Assembly: GCF_009914755.1 (NCBI RefSeq)
Contig: NC_060928.1
From: the human T2T-CHM13v2.0 reference genome, Homo sapiens
Direction: 5' to 3' (one strand)
DNA: 64,000 bases
Below are positions 52,833 through 64,000 of the stretch, one piece after another. The position numbers and the translations under genes are program-made. Positions within the stretch are counted from its first letter, which is position 1. Every line of letters starts with the position of its first letter. The notes beneath the pieces were generated by a model. The model was not told where the DNA came from. It saw nothing but the letters and a program-made list of their open reading frames with translations, and ran no database searches.

Positions 52833-52894
52833 CTCTCTCTCTCTCTCTCACGCACACACACACAAACACACACACACACACAGAGACACACACA
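52833..52894. repeat. (TC)n(CA)n compound microsatellite
   Basis: Directly visible. Confidence 0.9.
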
Positions 52895-53325
52895 ATCTTT
52901 CATCCTTTAAAGCTTTTAGTTCTTACTCTCTCATAATAGCAAAGTGGGTTTTGTTATCTCTAGTTCAGGTCTGACCTTGACTCAAAATGAACTTAGATCC
53001 AGGAACTGTCACTGTCTATCCAACCACATGCCTTTAATTCAAATTACAAAGAGGATCAGTAGGTTTGGGTTGGCTAATGTACCCACCCCTGAGTCAGTAA
53101 GATATACTGAAAAAATCTGGGTCATATGATCTCCTAGAATAATAACTTAATGAGAGCATGCAGTGGTACACTTCCAATGAAAGGATGGTATAGGCAATCT
53201 ATATCTTTTAAGTCATCAATTATGAAGGTTTTGCTTGAGGCTTTGAGACTTTCTTCAACACAAGATGATGGTAATAAATGATAAGGCTATAAGTAATATA
53301 CATTGTATGTTAGTGAGAGGGCAAG

Positions 53326-53428
53326 TATATGTTTATATCTATGTCTAAGTGTAAAGTATATGTCTATGCCTATGTCTAAGTGTATGTGTATGTATACGAC
53401 TATGTCTATGTCCATGTCTATGTCCTAT
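53326..53428. repeat. Degenerate (TATGTC)n tract
   Basis: tatgtctatgcctatgtctaag...tatgtctatgtccatgtctatgtc. Confidence 0.7.
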
Positions 53429-53490
53429 ACATAGCAAAATAATTGCTACAGTTACTACTGAAACGTATTACTACAGGATGGCTAAGGGTT

Positions 53491-54277
53491 GCTTTTTAAC
53501 CTTTAATTTCAGGGGTACATATACAGGTGTGTTATATGTAGGTAAATTATGTCACAGAGCTTTGTTTTTACAGATTATTTCATCACCCAAGTACTAAGCC
53601 TAGTACCCAAGAGTAATTTATTTTTCTGTTTCTCTACCTCGTCCCAGTCTCCACCTCAAGTAACCCCCAGTGTCTGTTGTTCTTCTCTTTGTGTCTGTGT
53701 GTTCTCATCATTTAGCTCCCACTAATAAGTGAGAACATGCAATATTTGGTTCTCTGTCCTTGCATTAGTTTGCTAAGCAGGATGACCTTTGGCTCTACCC
53801 ACATTGTGCAAAGGATATGATATTGTTCCTTTTTATGGCTGCATAGTATTCCATAGTGTATATGTGTCACATTTTCTTTAACCACTTTACCATTGACGGG
53901 CATTTAGGTTGATTCTATATCTTTGCTATTGTGAACAGTGCTGCAATGAACATACACATGCATGTATCATTGTCATTATGGTAGGATGACTTATATTCCT
54001 TTAGATATACACCCAGTAATGGGATTGTTGGGTTGAATGGTAGTTCTCTTTTTAGTTCTTTGAGGAATCACCACACTGCTTTCCACAATGACTGCGCTAA
54101 TTTACATCCCACCATCAATGTATAAGTATTCATTTTTCTCCACTATCTAGCCAGCATGTGTTGCTTTTTGACTTTTTAGTAATAGTCATTCTGACTGGTG
54201 GGAGATGGTCTCTCATTGTGGTTTTCATTTGCATTTTTCTAATAATCCGTGATATTGAACTTTTTTTCTGTGTTTGC

Positions 54278-54320
<43 letters not shown>

Positions 54321-57255
54321 TCTTTTGAAGTGTCTGTTTATGTTCTTTGCCAACTTTGTAACTTTTTTTTTTTTGCAAATTTGTTTAAGTTCCTTATAGA
54401 TGCTGGATATTAGACCTTTGTCAGAGGCATAGTTTGCAAATATCTTCTCCCATTCTGTAGGTTGTCTGTTCACTCTGATGATAGTTTCTTTTGCTGTGCA
54501 GAAGCTCTTAAGAATAATTAGATCCCATTTGTCAATTTTTGCTTTTGTTGTAATTGCTTTTGGGGTCCTTGTCATAAAATCGTTGCCAGTTCCTATGTCC
54601 AGAATAGCATTGTATAGGTTGTCTTCCAGAGTCTTCATAGTGTTGGGTTTTACATGTAAGTATTTTATCCATCTTGAATTGATTTTTGTGTATGGTATAA
54701 GGAAGAGGTCCAGTTTCACTCTTCTGCATATGACTAGTGAGTTATCCCACCACCATTTATTGAATAGGGACTCTTCTCCATCGCTTGTTTTTGTCAGCTT
54801 TGTCTAAGATCAGATGGTTGTATGTATGATCTTATTTCTGGGGGTTCTATTCCATTCCATTGACCTATGTGCCTGTTTTTGTACCAGAACCATTCTGTTT
54901 TGGTTACTGTAGTCTTGTGGTATAGTTTGAAGTCAGGTAGCATGATGCCTCTTTGTTCTTTTTGGTTTGGATTGCTTTGGCTATTCAGGATCTTTTGTGG
55001 TTCCATATGAATTTTACTATTGTTTTTTCCTAGTTCTGTGAAGAATGTTATTGGTAGTTTAATAGGAATAGCAGTGAATCTATAAATTGCTTTGGACTGT
55101 ATGGTCATTTTAATGATATTGATTCTTCGTATTCACGAGCAGAGAACGTTTTTCCACTTGTGTCATCTCTGAGTTCTTTGAGTAGTGTTTTGTAATTCTT
55201 ATCGTAGAACTCTTTCACCTCCCTGGTTAGCTGTATTACTAGGTATTTTATTATTTTAGGGCAATTGTGAATGGGATTGCATTCCTGATTTGTTTCTTGG
55301 CTTGGCTGTTGTTGGTACATATGAATTCTAGTGAATTTTGTACATCGATTTTGTATCCTGAGACTTTGCCAAAGTTGTTTATCAGATCAAGGAGCTTTTG
55401 GGCTGAGACTATGAGGTTTTCTAGATATAGAATCATGTTGTCAACAAAGAGGGATAGTTTCACCTTCTCTCTTCCTGTTTGTATGCCCTTTATCTTTTTC
55501 TCTTGTCTGATTGCTCTGGCCAGGACTTCCAATATTATATTAAATAGGAGTGGTGAGATCTGGTATCTTTGCCTTTTGCCAGTTTTCCAGGGAAAGGCTT
55601 CCATCTTTTGCCTATTCAGTGCGATGTTGGCAGTGGGTTTGTCATAGATGGCTCTTATTATTTTGAAGCATGTTCTTTCAATATCTAGCTTATTGAGAGT
55701 CTTCCATGAGGTGGGTGCTCTGTGCTGGGGGTTCAGACAATCCTCTTGTCCTGTGGACTTATCAGGGCCTGGAGACAGCAAGAAAGAGGGTTGCAAGACA
55801 GCAATGATACCAACCCACCCCTTCCACTGGGAGCTCTGTCACAGGGAGTTGCAGAGCTGCTACTGGCCCAATAGTCCTTGTGGTGGGTGGCTGGTGACCC
55901 AGGCTGGGAGGACCTGCTCAGTGAGAAGATATGGGATTGGTGATCCATGTAACAAACAGTCCGGCCACTTTTTCATAGGACTCCTGCATTATACTGGGGG
56001 TCCACTCCGGTGCCTATTGACCTTGGATTTTTCAGTACCAGAAAGTATCAACGGTGAAGTCTGCAAAACAGCAAAAATGGAGGCCTGTACCTCCCTCTAG
56101 GAGATTCATTTCAGGGAGGTATGAACCTGTTGCCAGCCCAGACACAATGGAGGGTGAGTGGGGGGCAGTCGAGAGGTCCTGCCCAGTGAGTAAAAGTGGG
56201 ATTGGGGACCTGCGTAAAAAAGCAGTCTGGCGCTTTTATATAGAGCAGCTGTGCTGTGTTGGGGGATCCACTCTAGCCCCTAGTCACCTTGGACTCTTCA
56301 AAGTCCAAGGGCAACTATGGCTGAGCCTGTGAAACAACAGAGGTGGTGGCCCGTGTCTTTCTTTGGAAGCTCTGTCTCAGAAAAGTTTGGAAATGCTGCT
56401 AGCTGGAAAACACTGGTGGGGATGGTTGTAGACTCCGGTCCGTGAGATCCTGCCAAGTGAAGAGAAACAGGATTTGGGACCCACGTGACAAAGCAGTCTG
56501 GCCACCTCTTCACAGAGCTGCTGCCCTGTGCCAAGTGACTGCCCCAGTCTCTAGTCACCTTGGATTCCCCAGAGCCCAAAGACATTAATGGCTAAGGCTG
56601 TGAAACAGCAAAGATGGCAGCCCGTCTTTCCCTATGAGAGCTCTGTCTCAGGGAGGTGTAACAGTGCTACCCGTGGCTGGCTGGAGTTCCAAGCCAGTGG
56701 GTCTTATCCTGTGAGGTGCCTTGGAAGTGGTGGCTTGGAAGTGGTGCCTGCAGACCATTGCTGTTCAGCCCCTTTCCTAAGGGTATGGAAAGGGGTCTGA
56801 CCTCCCACTTTGCCAGAGTTTAGCCGCTTTTGCCAGGAAGCTGGTATCTAAAGCTCTCAGGGCTCCACGTGTGCCTGAGCAGCTACTCTGCTGGGACTCC
56901 CTGCAGCTCTGCATCTCAGATTGAAGGACCACGTGCAGTGGGTTCATGAGGTTATCTCCTGACTCAAGGGTTGCGAAGATCCATGGGAAACGTGTGGGTA
57001 TCTGAGGTCTCTCACTCACTCACCCATCGCTTCCCTGGGCAGGGGAGGCTTCCCAGGCTCCATGTCACTCTCAGCTGGGCAGTTGTCCTGCCTTCCTTTT
57101 CTCCATTCTCCATAGGTAAAGTTGTTTTCTTGATGAATCCCAATGCATGTACCTGGGTGTTTCAGTTAAAGGTGCTCTGGTTACTTGACCCTTGTATTTC
57201 TCTCTATGAGAGCGGCACACGCTAGCTGCTTCTAGTTAGCCATCTTGTCCCAAAG
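53491..57255 (-). mobile_element. Older L1PA (~PA13/L1PREC2-like): both termini present, ORF1 and the 5' half of ORF2 deleted
   Basis: 3'UTR from 53491. ORF2 RT/C-terminus ([13 protein letters not shown]; [16 protein letters not shown]; KINSRWIK) runs to ~55706. The 5'UTR 55707-57250 ends ctagttagccatcttg. TSD tggctaagggtt (53479-53490) / tggcgaagagtt (57257-57268). Confidence 0.9.
54281..54317. repeat. (AT)n microsatellite within the L1
   Basis: Pure AT run. Confidence 0.95.
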
Positions 57256-57554
57256 GTGGCGAAGAGTTCTTATTACTACTGGATGTCCAAGGGTTTGATC
57301 TCTTATAAGTCATATAAGACTATTATATTTACGATTTTACATTTTTTAATGATCGAAAGTCAATTTATAAAAAAAGTCTATGTATACCAGAGATGTTCTT
57401 AGGCTATCTTGTCATTTGCTTGTTAAACTATATTCAGTGTCCTTATATTATATTCATTTATACATTTAAGATATACATCTATATGCTACATTTATGTATT
57501 GAAATGCATACACACACCCAATATGTAATAAATCCACCTCCTTGTGGTAGGACT

Positions 57555-58752
57555 TTCTCCACTACCCACAACCCAAGCCACACCATTACTCGCCTGGATC
57601 ATTCCAGCAGCCTCCCTGATGACTTTGTTTTACTCTCAACAAAATAGCCAGAAAGAGACTTAAAAGTTTGGTTATAGTGTATCACTCCTCTGTTCAATCT
57701 TGTCCATTTCACTTATAGTAAGTCTAATTTATTTTAAAAGCTAAAAGGTCCTCTTTCCCCATTTTTATTCTTTCTTTTTCTAATCACATCTCCTACTACT
57801 TTTCCTCTTTCTTAGGTGGTTCCAGAAATAGTGGCTTCCTGGTAGTTCCTCAAACACTACAGTTACTCACCAGCCTTATCCCCCTTTCACTGGCTGATTC
57901 CTTTTCTTTGTACAGAAGTCCCCCTTATCCGCAGGAGACGTGTTCCACGGCCCCCAGTGGATACCAGAAACCACAGATAGTACCAGACTCTCTATATACT
58001 GTTTTTCCTGAACATACATACCTATGGTAATGTTTAATTTATAAACTGGACACAATAAGAAATTAATGATAATATCTAATAATTAAGTTACTATTAGTAA
58101 AGTATTATTAGGTAAAATAAGCATTACTTGAGCACATGCACTGTAATACTGTGACAGTAAAGACAGTCAATCCAAGGTAACTACTAACAGGTGGGTAGCA
58201 CCTACAGCAAGGCATGCTGAACACAGGGTTGATTCAAATCCTGGGTGGGACACAGTGAAACAGGATAACATTTTATCATGCTACTCAGAACAGCATGCAA
58301 TTTAAAATTTATGAATTATTTATCTCTGAGATTTTCCATTTAATATTTTCAGAACCTGGTTGACCACAGATAACTGATACTGTGGAAAGCAAAATCATGG
58401 ATCAGGTAGAACTACTGTAGACCATTCCTGCAGTTGATTATCCCTGCCTTGCTTTCAGTCTTTGTTCAAATGATACCTTCTCAATGAAGCTTTCCTAAGC
58501 ACCCTATTTAAATACACCCTGCTATTCCCGTCCCATTTACCTTGCTTCACTTTTACTGCTTCTCATAGCATTTACCTCCTTTAGCATATTATATAACTTA
58601 TTAAGTTCACTTTTATTGTCTACATTACATGGTAATGTGTAAGTTCCACAAAAGTAGGAATCTTTTTCCTCCTTTGTTCACTGATGTATCCCAGGTATCT
58701 AGATATATTCTTGATACATAAAAGTAATCGATAAAGATTTATTGAATTAATA
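57555..58752 (+). mobile_element. L2 (L2a-like) 3' region split by MER44
   Basis: ccaagccaccattactcgcctggatcattccagcagcctccct..; ttgttcactgatgtatcccaggtatctaga..ttattgaattaat terminus. Confidence 0.78.
57913..58417 (-). mobile_element. MER44 (MER44B-like) Tigger-family MITE
   Basis: TA|cagaagtcccccttatccgc ... ctgtggaaagcaaaatcatggatcaggtagaactactg|TA. Confidence 0.85.
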
Positions 58753-58885
58753 CATCAAGTGTGTGTTTCAATTTATTTTCTTTTACATATTGGGAATAAT
58801 GGTACTTCTCATAAATGATTTGCTTTTAACTCAGGAACCATGTAAACATAAAAAATAACTTTGTAAGATTAGTACATTTGTCTAG

Positions 58886-59224
58886 AAATATCCTAATTTT
58901 TTATTATAGTTTAAGTTTTACAGTACATGTGCACAAAATATCCTAATTTTATAGGCCATAATATTGGATATATAGTTTTCAACTCTAGTAAGTGCATAGG
59001 ATTTTTCTTATTAAATATCACTTAATTGTCTCCGATTCAATTTTTTATTTGTTATTTGTCTTTTTTTAATTATGCTTTAAGTTTTAGGGTACATGTGCAC
59101 AAAATATCCTAATTTTATAGACCATAAAATTGGATAGTTTTCAACTCTAGTAAGTGCATAGGATTTTTCTTATTAAATATGACTTAATTGTCTCCAATTC
59201 AATTTTTTATTTGCTATTTGTCTT
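58886..59224. repeat. Tandem duplication (~166-bp unit) containing a ~35-40-bp L1PA 3'-terminal stub (minus strand)
   Basis: Stubs ttattatagtttaagttttacagtacatgtgcac (58901-58934) and ttaattatgctttaagttttagggtacatgtgcac (59066-59100), each followed by the same ~125 bp. Confidence 0.88.
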
Positions 59225-59934
59225 GCTTCCTTTTTATGTTATTTATATATTTAATTATTATTTACAACTCTTGGCAACCTTAAGCCCTTTTAAGCTAATT
59301 CAGGAGAGAAAATACATAAAATAGATCTCCTTGAGATCTTATATTTGCTTTTGGGGTTCACTTTCCTTTGTTCATAGATTTCATCCGAATTTTGTATATG
59401 TTTGTGGTTTTAGCCATTATAACAATGATGAGAAAATAAATTCTTTAGTAGGAAGATTAAAAAGGAAAATGAAGAAATATATTATGAAGACAATTATTTG
59501 ATCTAAATTTTCAACTATAAGCTGCATACACATGGGAAAAAATATAAATAAAACTACAAAGCTAAATGTGTTAGAGAAGAGTGAGTGAGAAAAATGTTAT
59601 CATAGGTTTGGCCACCAGTATTTTAAAATAATAGTAATAATAAAAGGCAGAAGATATGTGCACAATGTAACCATAGGGCTCAAAAATGCACTGGAAAGAA
59701 ATGAGTTTACAATTTTCACAAAGAAAGTTATTTATAAGGTTCTGAATTTATGAAGAAGTGGAAAAATGAAATTCATCCTTAGCATGCAAAATTATTCAAA
59801 GGATAGGAGCCTATCATGGGGAATAATCTGTCTTCTGATTTTCTGCCAATTATAAATTTGAAAATGGTAACATTAAAAATCTCTGATGAAAAACATGGAA
59901 AAGAGAAAAAGATCTGATATTTTCTTAAACTGCA

Positions 59935-62900
59935 GCTTTTTATTTTTAATAGCATTATTTATATTTAAATTTCAAAATTTCTACATTTATGAGGTAAAGT
60001 TCAATATTTTTATTGTATGTTCACAGAGTTGATGAACCATCAACACAATTGAATTTTAGAATATTTTTATACTAGCCACCAAAAGAAGCCTCAAACCCAA
60101 TAGTAGTAATCACCACACATCTACCATGCCCTATGCCACCACTAAGCTATTTTCTGTCTCAATACATTTGCCTATCATGGGCATTTCATGCAAATGAAGC
60201 CATACAATATGTGGTTATTTATGTTTGGCTTCTTTCACTGTGCAGAAAGCTTTCAAGGTTCATCCATATGTTGGCATATGTCAGGACTTCATGTCTTTCC
60301 ACAGCCAAATGATATTTCATCATATAGGTATGCCACATTTTGTTTATCTATTCATCAGTTGATGAACATTTGAGTTATTTCTACTTTTTTTGCAATTAGA
60401 GATAATGATACTACGAACATTCATGTACAAGATTTTATGTGGACCTGTGTTTTCCTTCCTCTTAGATATATAGGTAGACATGAAATTGCTGGGTCATATG
60501 TACATATGTTAAAATTGTGAGGAAATGCCAAATTGTTTTCCAAAGTGGCTTGTGATTTCACGTTCCCAGAAACAATGCATGTGGGCTTCCATTTCTCCAC
60601 ATTCTAACCAACTTTATTATTTGGTTTATGATTATGGCAATCATAGTGGATGTAAAGTAGTACCTTATTGTGGTTTTGATTTGCATTTCCCTCATGACTA
60701 ATATTGTTGAACATCTTTTTACATACTTTTTGTCCATTTGTAGATTTTTTTTGAAAAATATCTATTCAAATTCTTTGCCCATTTTTAAATAATTGAGCTA
60801 CATATCTACTTATTATTGAGTAGTTTAAGTTCTTTATGTGTTCTGTGTACTGGGTCCCTACCAGATACACGATTTACAAATATTTCTCTTATTCTGTTGG
60901 TTATCTTTCTTGCTTTTTTGATAATATCATTTATGACACAAAATTTTTTATTAGGATGTAAGCCAATGGATCTATTTTATTTTTGCCACTTTTTGCTTTT
61001 GGTATTATATCTAAGAAACCATTGCTTTACACAAGATCACGATGATCTACTCTATGTTTTCTTCTGAAAGTTTTATAATGTTAGCTCTTACCTTTAGGTC
61101 TATGATCCATTTAGAGTTAATTTTTTGTATCTGTGTGGTAGGGGTCCACCATTATTCTTTGGCATGTGGATCTACAGTTGTCCAGAGCAATATTTATTGA
61201 AAATACTATTCTTGCCCCCATTAAATTGTTTTAGTACCATGCTAAATATCAATGGATTGTAAGTGTGTTGCTTTATTTCTGGACTCTGGATTCTTTTCTT
61301 TTCATCTATGTGTCTATTCTTGTGCAAGTACCACACTGTCTTGAGTTCTTCAGGATTGTAGTAAGTTTTGTAATGAGAAAGTATGAGTCCTCCATATTGT
61401 TTTGGCTAATCTTGTGCCTTGTAGTTCCATATGAATTTTAGAATCACATAATCATTTTTTTTTTAAAAAGGCAGCTGAGATTTTGAAAAAGATTGTTTTG
61501 AATATGTAAGTTAATTGGGGCAACATTGCAATTTTAACAGCAGCAAGACTCCCGATCAATGGATTTGAGATGTTTCTATTCATTTAAAACCTTAACTCCT
61601 ATCAGTAGTGTTTTATACTTTTCTCTATGCAGCTCTCGCATCTCTGTGTATTTATTCTTTTACTATGCTCCTCTAAATAGAGTGTTTTCTTAATTTCTTT
61701 TCTGGTGATTTTTGTATCCTGCAAACTTAGAGAACTTATTCATTAGTTTTAGTAGTTTTTAGTGGGTCTCTTACAATTTTATTGATATAATATTGTATCA
61801 TCTGTAAAAAGATACAGTTTTACTTCTGCCTTCCAAATAGGAATGATGTTTATGTCTTCTTCTTGACTAACTTCCCAAGTTAGGACGTTCAGTACAATGG
61901 TGAATAGAAGAGGCCAGAGTTCAGCTTATTTTCCCCCTATCTTATCTTAAAGTCTTTCACCATTATTTACAATATTATCTGTAGGTTTCTGAAGATGCTG
62001 TTTTTCAGGTTGAAAAAGTTCACTCCCATTGCTTGATGGTTAAACATTTCTATAATGAAAGGTGATGAATTCTGTCAAATTTTTTCCTGCATCTAAAGAA
62101 ATAATCATAGAGTTTTTACCATTTATTCTGTTAAAGTGGTATATTATATCAATTGATTTTTATATGTTAAATCAACTTATATTTCTGGGATAAATTTTAC
62201 TTGGTCATGGGGTATAATTCTCTTTATATTGCTGGGATTGGCTTGCTAGTTTTGTCTTTGTTTTGAGAATTTTTATATCCATGTTCATTGCAGATACTGA
62301 TCTATACTTTTCTTTCATGTGGTAGTTTTGTCTGGTTTTATTACCAGGATAATACTGACTTCACAGAATGACTTGAGGATTATAGAAGGGTTTGTGAAGA
62401 ACTTGTAGTAATTCTTTGAACGTTTGATATCACTAGTGATGGAATCTGAACCTGAGCTTTCCTTTGTGTAAAGTTTTTTCTTTTAATTACTACCTTAAGC
62501 TCTTTCTATATTATAGGTTTATTCAAATTGTCAATTTATGTTTTACTCACTTTTAATAATTTGTGAATTCCTAGAAATTTTTAAATTTCATATAGGTTGC
62601 CTAATTTGTTAGCAAGCAGTTGTTTATACAATTTTCTTTCAGTCCTTATTTCTGAAAATTTGATATAGATATTACCTCTTTTATTTCTGTCTTTAGTAAT
62701 TTGAGTCTTCTCTCTTTTTTTCTTTGTCAATATACCTAATTGTTCATCAGTATTGTTGGTCTTTCAAAAAACCACTTTTGTTTCATTGATTATCTCCGTA
62801 AGTTGTCTATGTTGCATTTTTCTTTATTCTGCTCCTCTAATCTTTATTATTTCCTTCCTTCTGCTTGCTTTGGGTTTAGTTTGCTCTTCTAGTACTTATT

Positions 62901-63278
62901 TCTTAATGTGGAAAGTTAAGTTATTGATGTGAGATATTATTTATTTTACACAGGCATTTGCAGCAATAAATTTCCTGCTGAGCACCATTTTACCTGAATT
63001 TCATGTTTTGGTATTCATTTTCATTCATTTCAAACTATTCTATTATTTATCTTGAGGTTTCTTCTTTGAAGCACAGATTCTTCATGAATGTGTTCATTTC
63101 CATATGTTTATAAATTTCCAAATTTATTTATTTAGAAATCAGTAATAGAAACAAAGTTGTTTATATGTTTATAAATTTCCAAAATTTCTGAATTTATGAA
63201 TATACAAACAAATTTGTTTCTATTACTGATTTCTAATTTAATTCCATTTTGGTTGAGGAGCATAGTTTTTATGATTTG
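59935..63278 (-). mobile_element. L1MB-like element (3'UTR plus ORF2, 5'-truncated)
   Basis: gttcacagagttgatgaaccatcaacacaattgaattttagaatatttttat 3'UTR, then continuous antisense ORF2 remnants. Confidence 0.85.
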
Positions 63279-64000
63279 AAAGGAGTAAATACATTAAATT
63301 AGTTAAGATAAATCTGAATACAATATATCCAGAAAACACAAAATGATAGCTGGAAATCTCAGTATAAAAAACACATGGTAAACATTTAGAAAATAAAAAC
63401 AAAGTACCCCACTATATCATTCAGAGAGATTTGCTTTTTTAAAATAATGTTATAACTTTCTTCTTTTTAACAGTTGCTTTATTTGTGAAGAGAATTTCTA
63501 GAAAACAATGTCATAGGGTAGAAAATATGGGTAAGATGTCACTATATGAAAGTTTATATCTAGTAGAAAAATTCTGAACTAATTGATTACTAGTATCAAG
63601 TCAATTCAGAAAAATCTTTTACAGAAATTTATCCTTGGCACCAGCTTGACAATGTTGTACAAGGAAAACGTAATTAATAATCATTAAGTCCTTGTTTAGA
63701 TGGATATTTTTAAGAAGGAAGACACAACCCAGTTTCAAACTGAATTTAATATAATAGAATGAATATAAAGAAAATAACAAGATGAAAGTTTAACAAGCAT
63801 TTGAATTCAAAGCATCAATTTTTCCATTAATAATAGTCATTTCAGGAAAGCTCAGTGGATATTCACTTAATATTGACAAAGCTTAACAGAAATAAAACAA
63901 TATGAAAATTAATTATATACCACTCCAATACTAAGCATACACAGTTCACTAAATCCTTACGTTTGTGCCTGTTTGTCCCTAGCTAGTACCCTGCTTCCCT

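Noticed and set aside
58886-59224. CRISPR-like repeat-spacer pattern
   Set aside because: Eukaryotic context. The 'spacers' are duplicated rather than unique, and the repeat is an L1 stub with its TSD.

Overview
This is AT-rich primate nuclear DNA. AluY, AluS and AluJ, THE1, MLT2A and L1PA elements point to a catarrhine genome, probably human or ape. I find no protein-coding exon, RNA gene, CpG island or CRISPR array. Every ORF with recognisable protein similarity derives from a decayed transposon (L1 ORF1/ORF2, ERV-L integrase/dUTPase/protease, CR1 RT). About half of the window is interspersed repeat: many mostly minus-strand L1s, seven Alus, MaLR/ERV-L/ERV1 LTRs, the DNA transposons MER58A, MER30, Tigger3 and MER44, plus L2, MIR and CR1 relics. 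I see no new functional system. The most unusual structures are (i) a THE1C/HERV-L hybrid provirus with two different LTRs and an apparent shared 5-bp TSD (2450-5038); (ii) a candidate mRNA-3'UTR/L1 chimeric retrocopy (49920-50546); (iii) an indel-free 446-bp direct duplication of non-repeat DNA 2920 bp apart, with a fold-back hairpin at one junction; and (iv) several templated duplications and palindromes. All repeat subfamily names come from recalled consensus sequences, not from a search.
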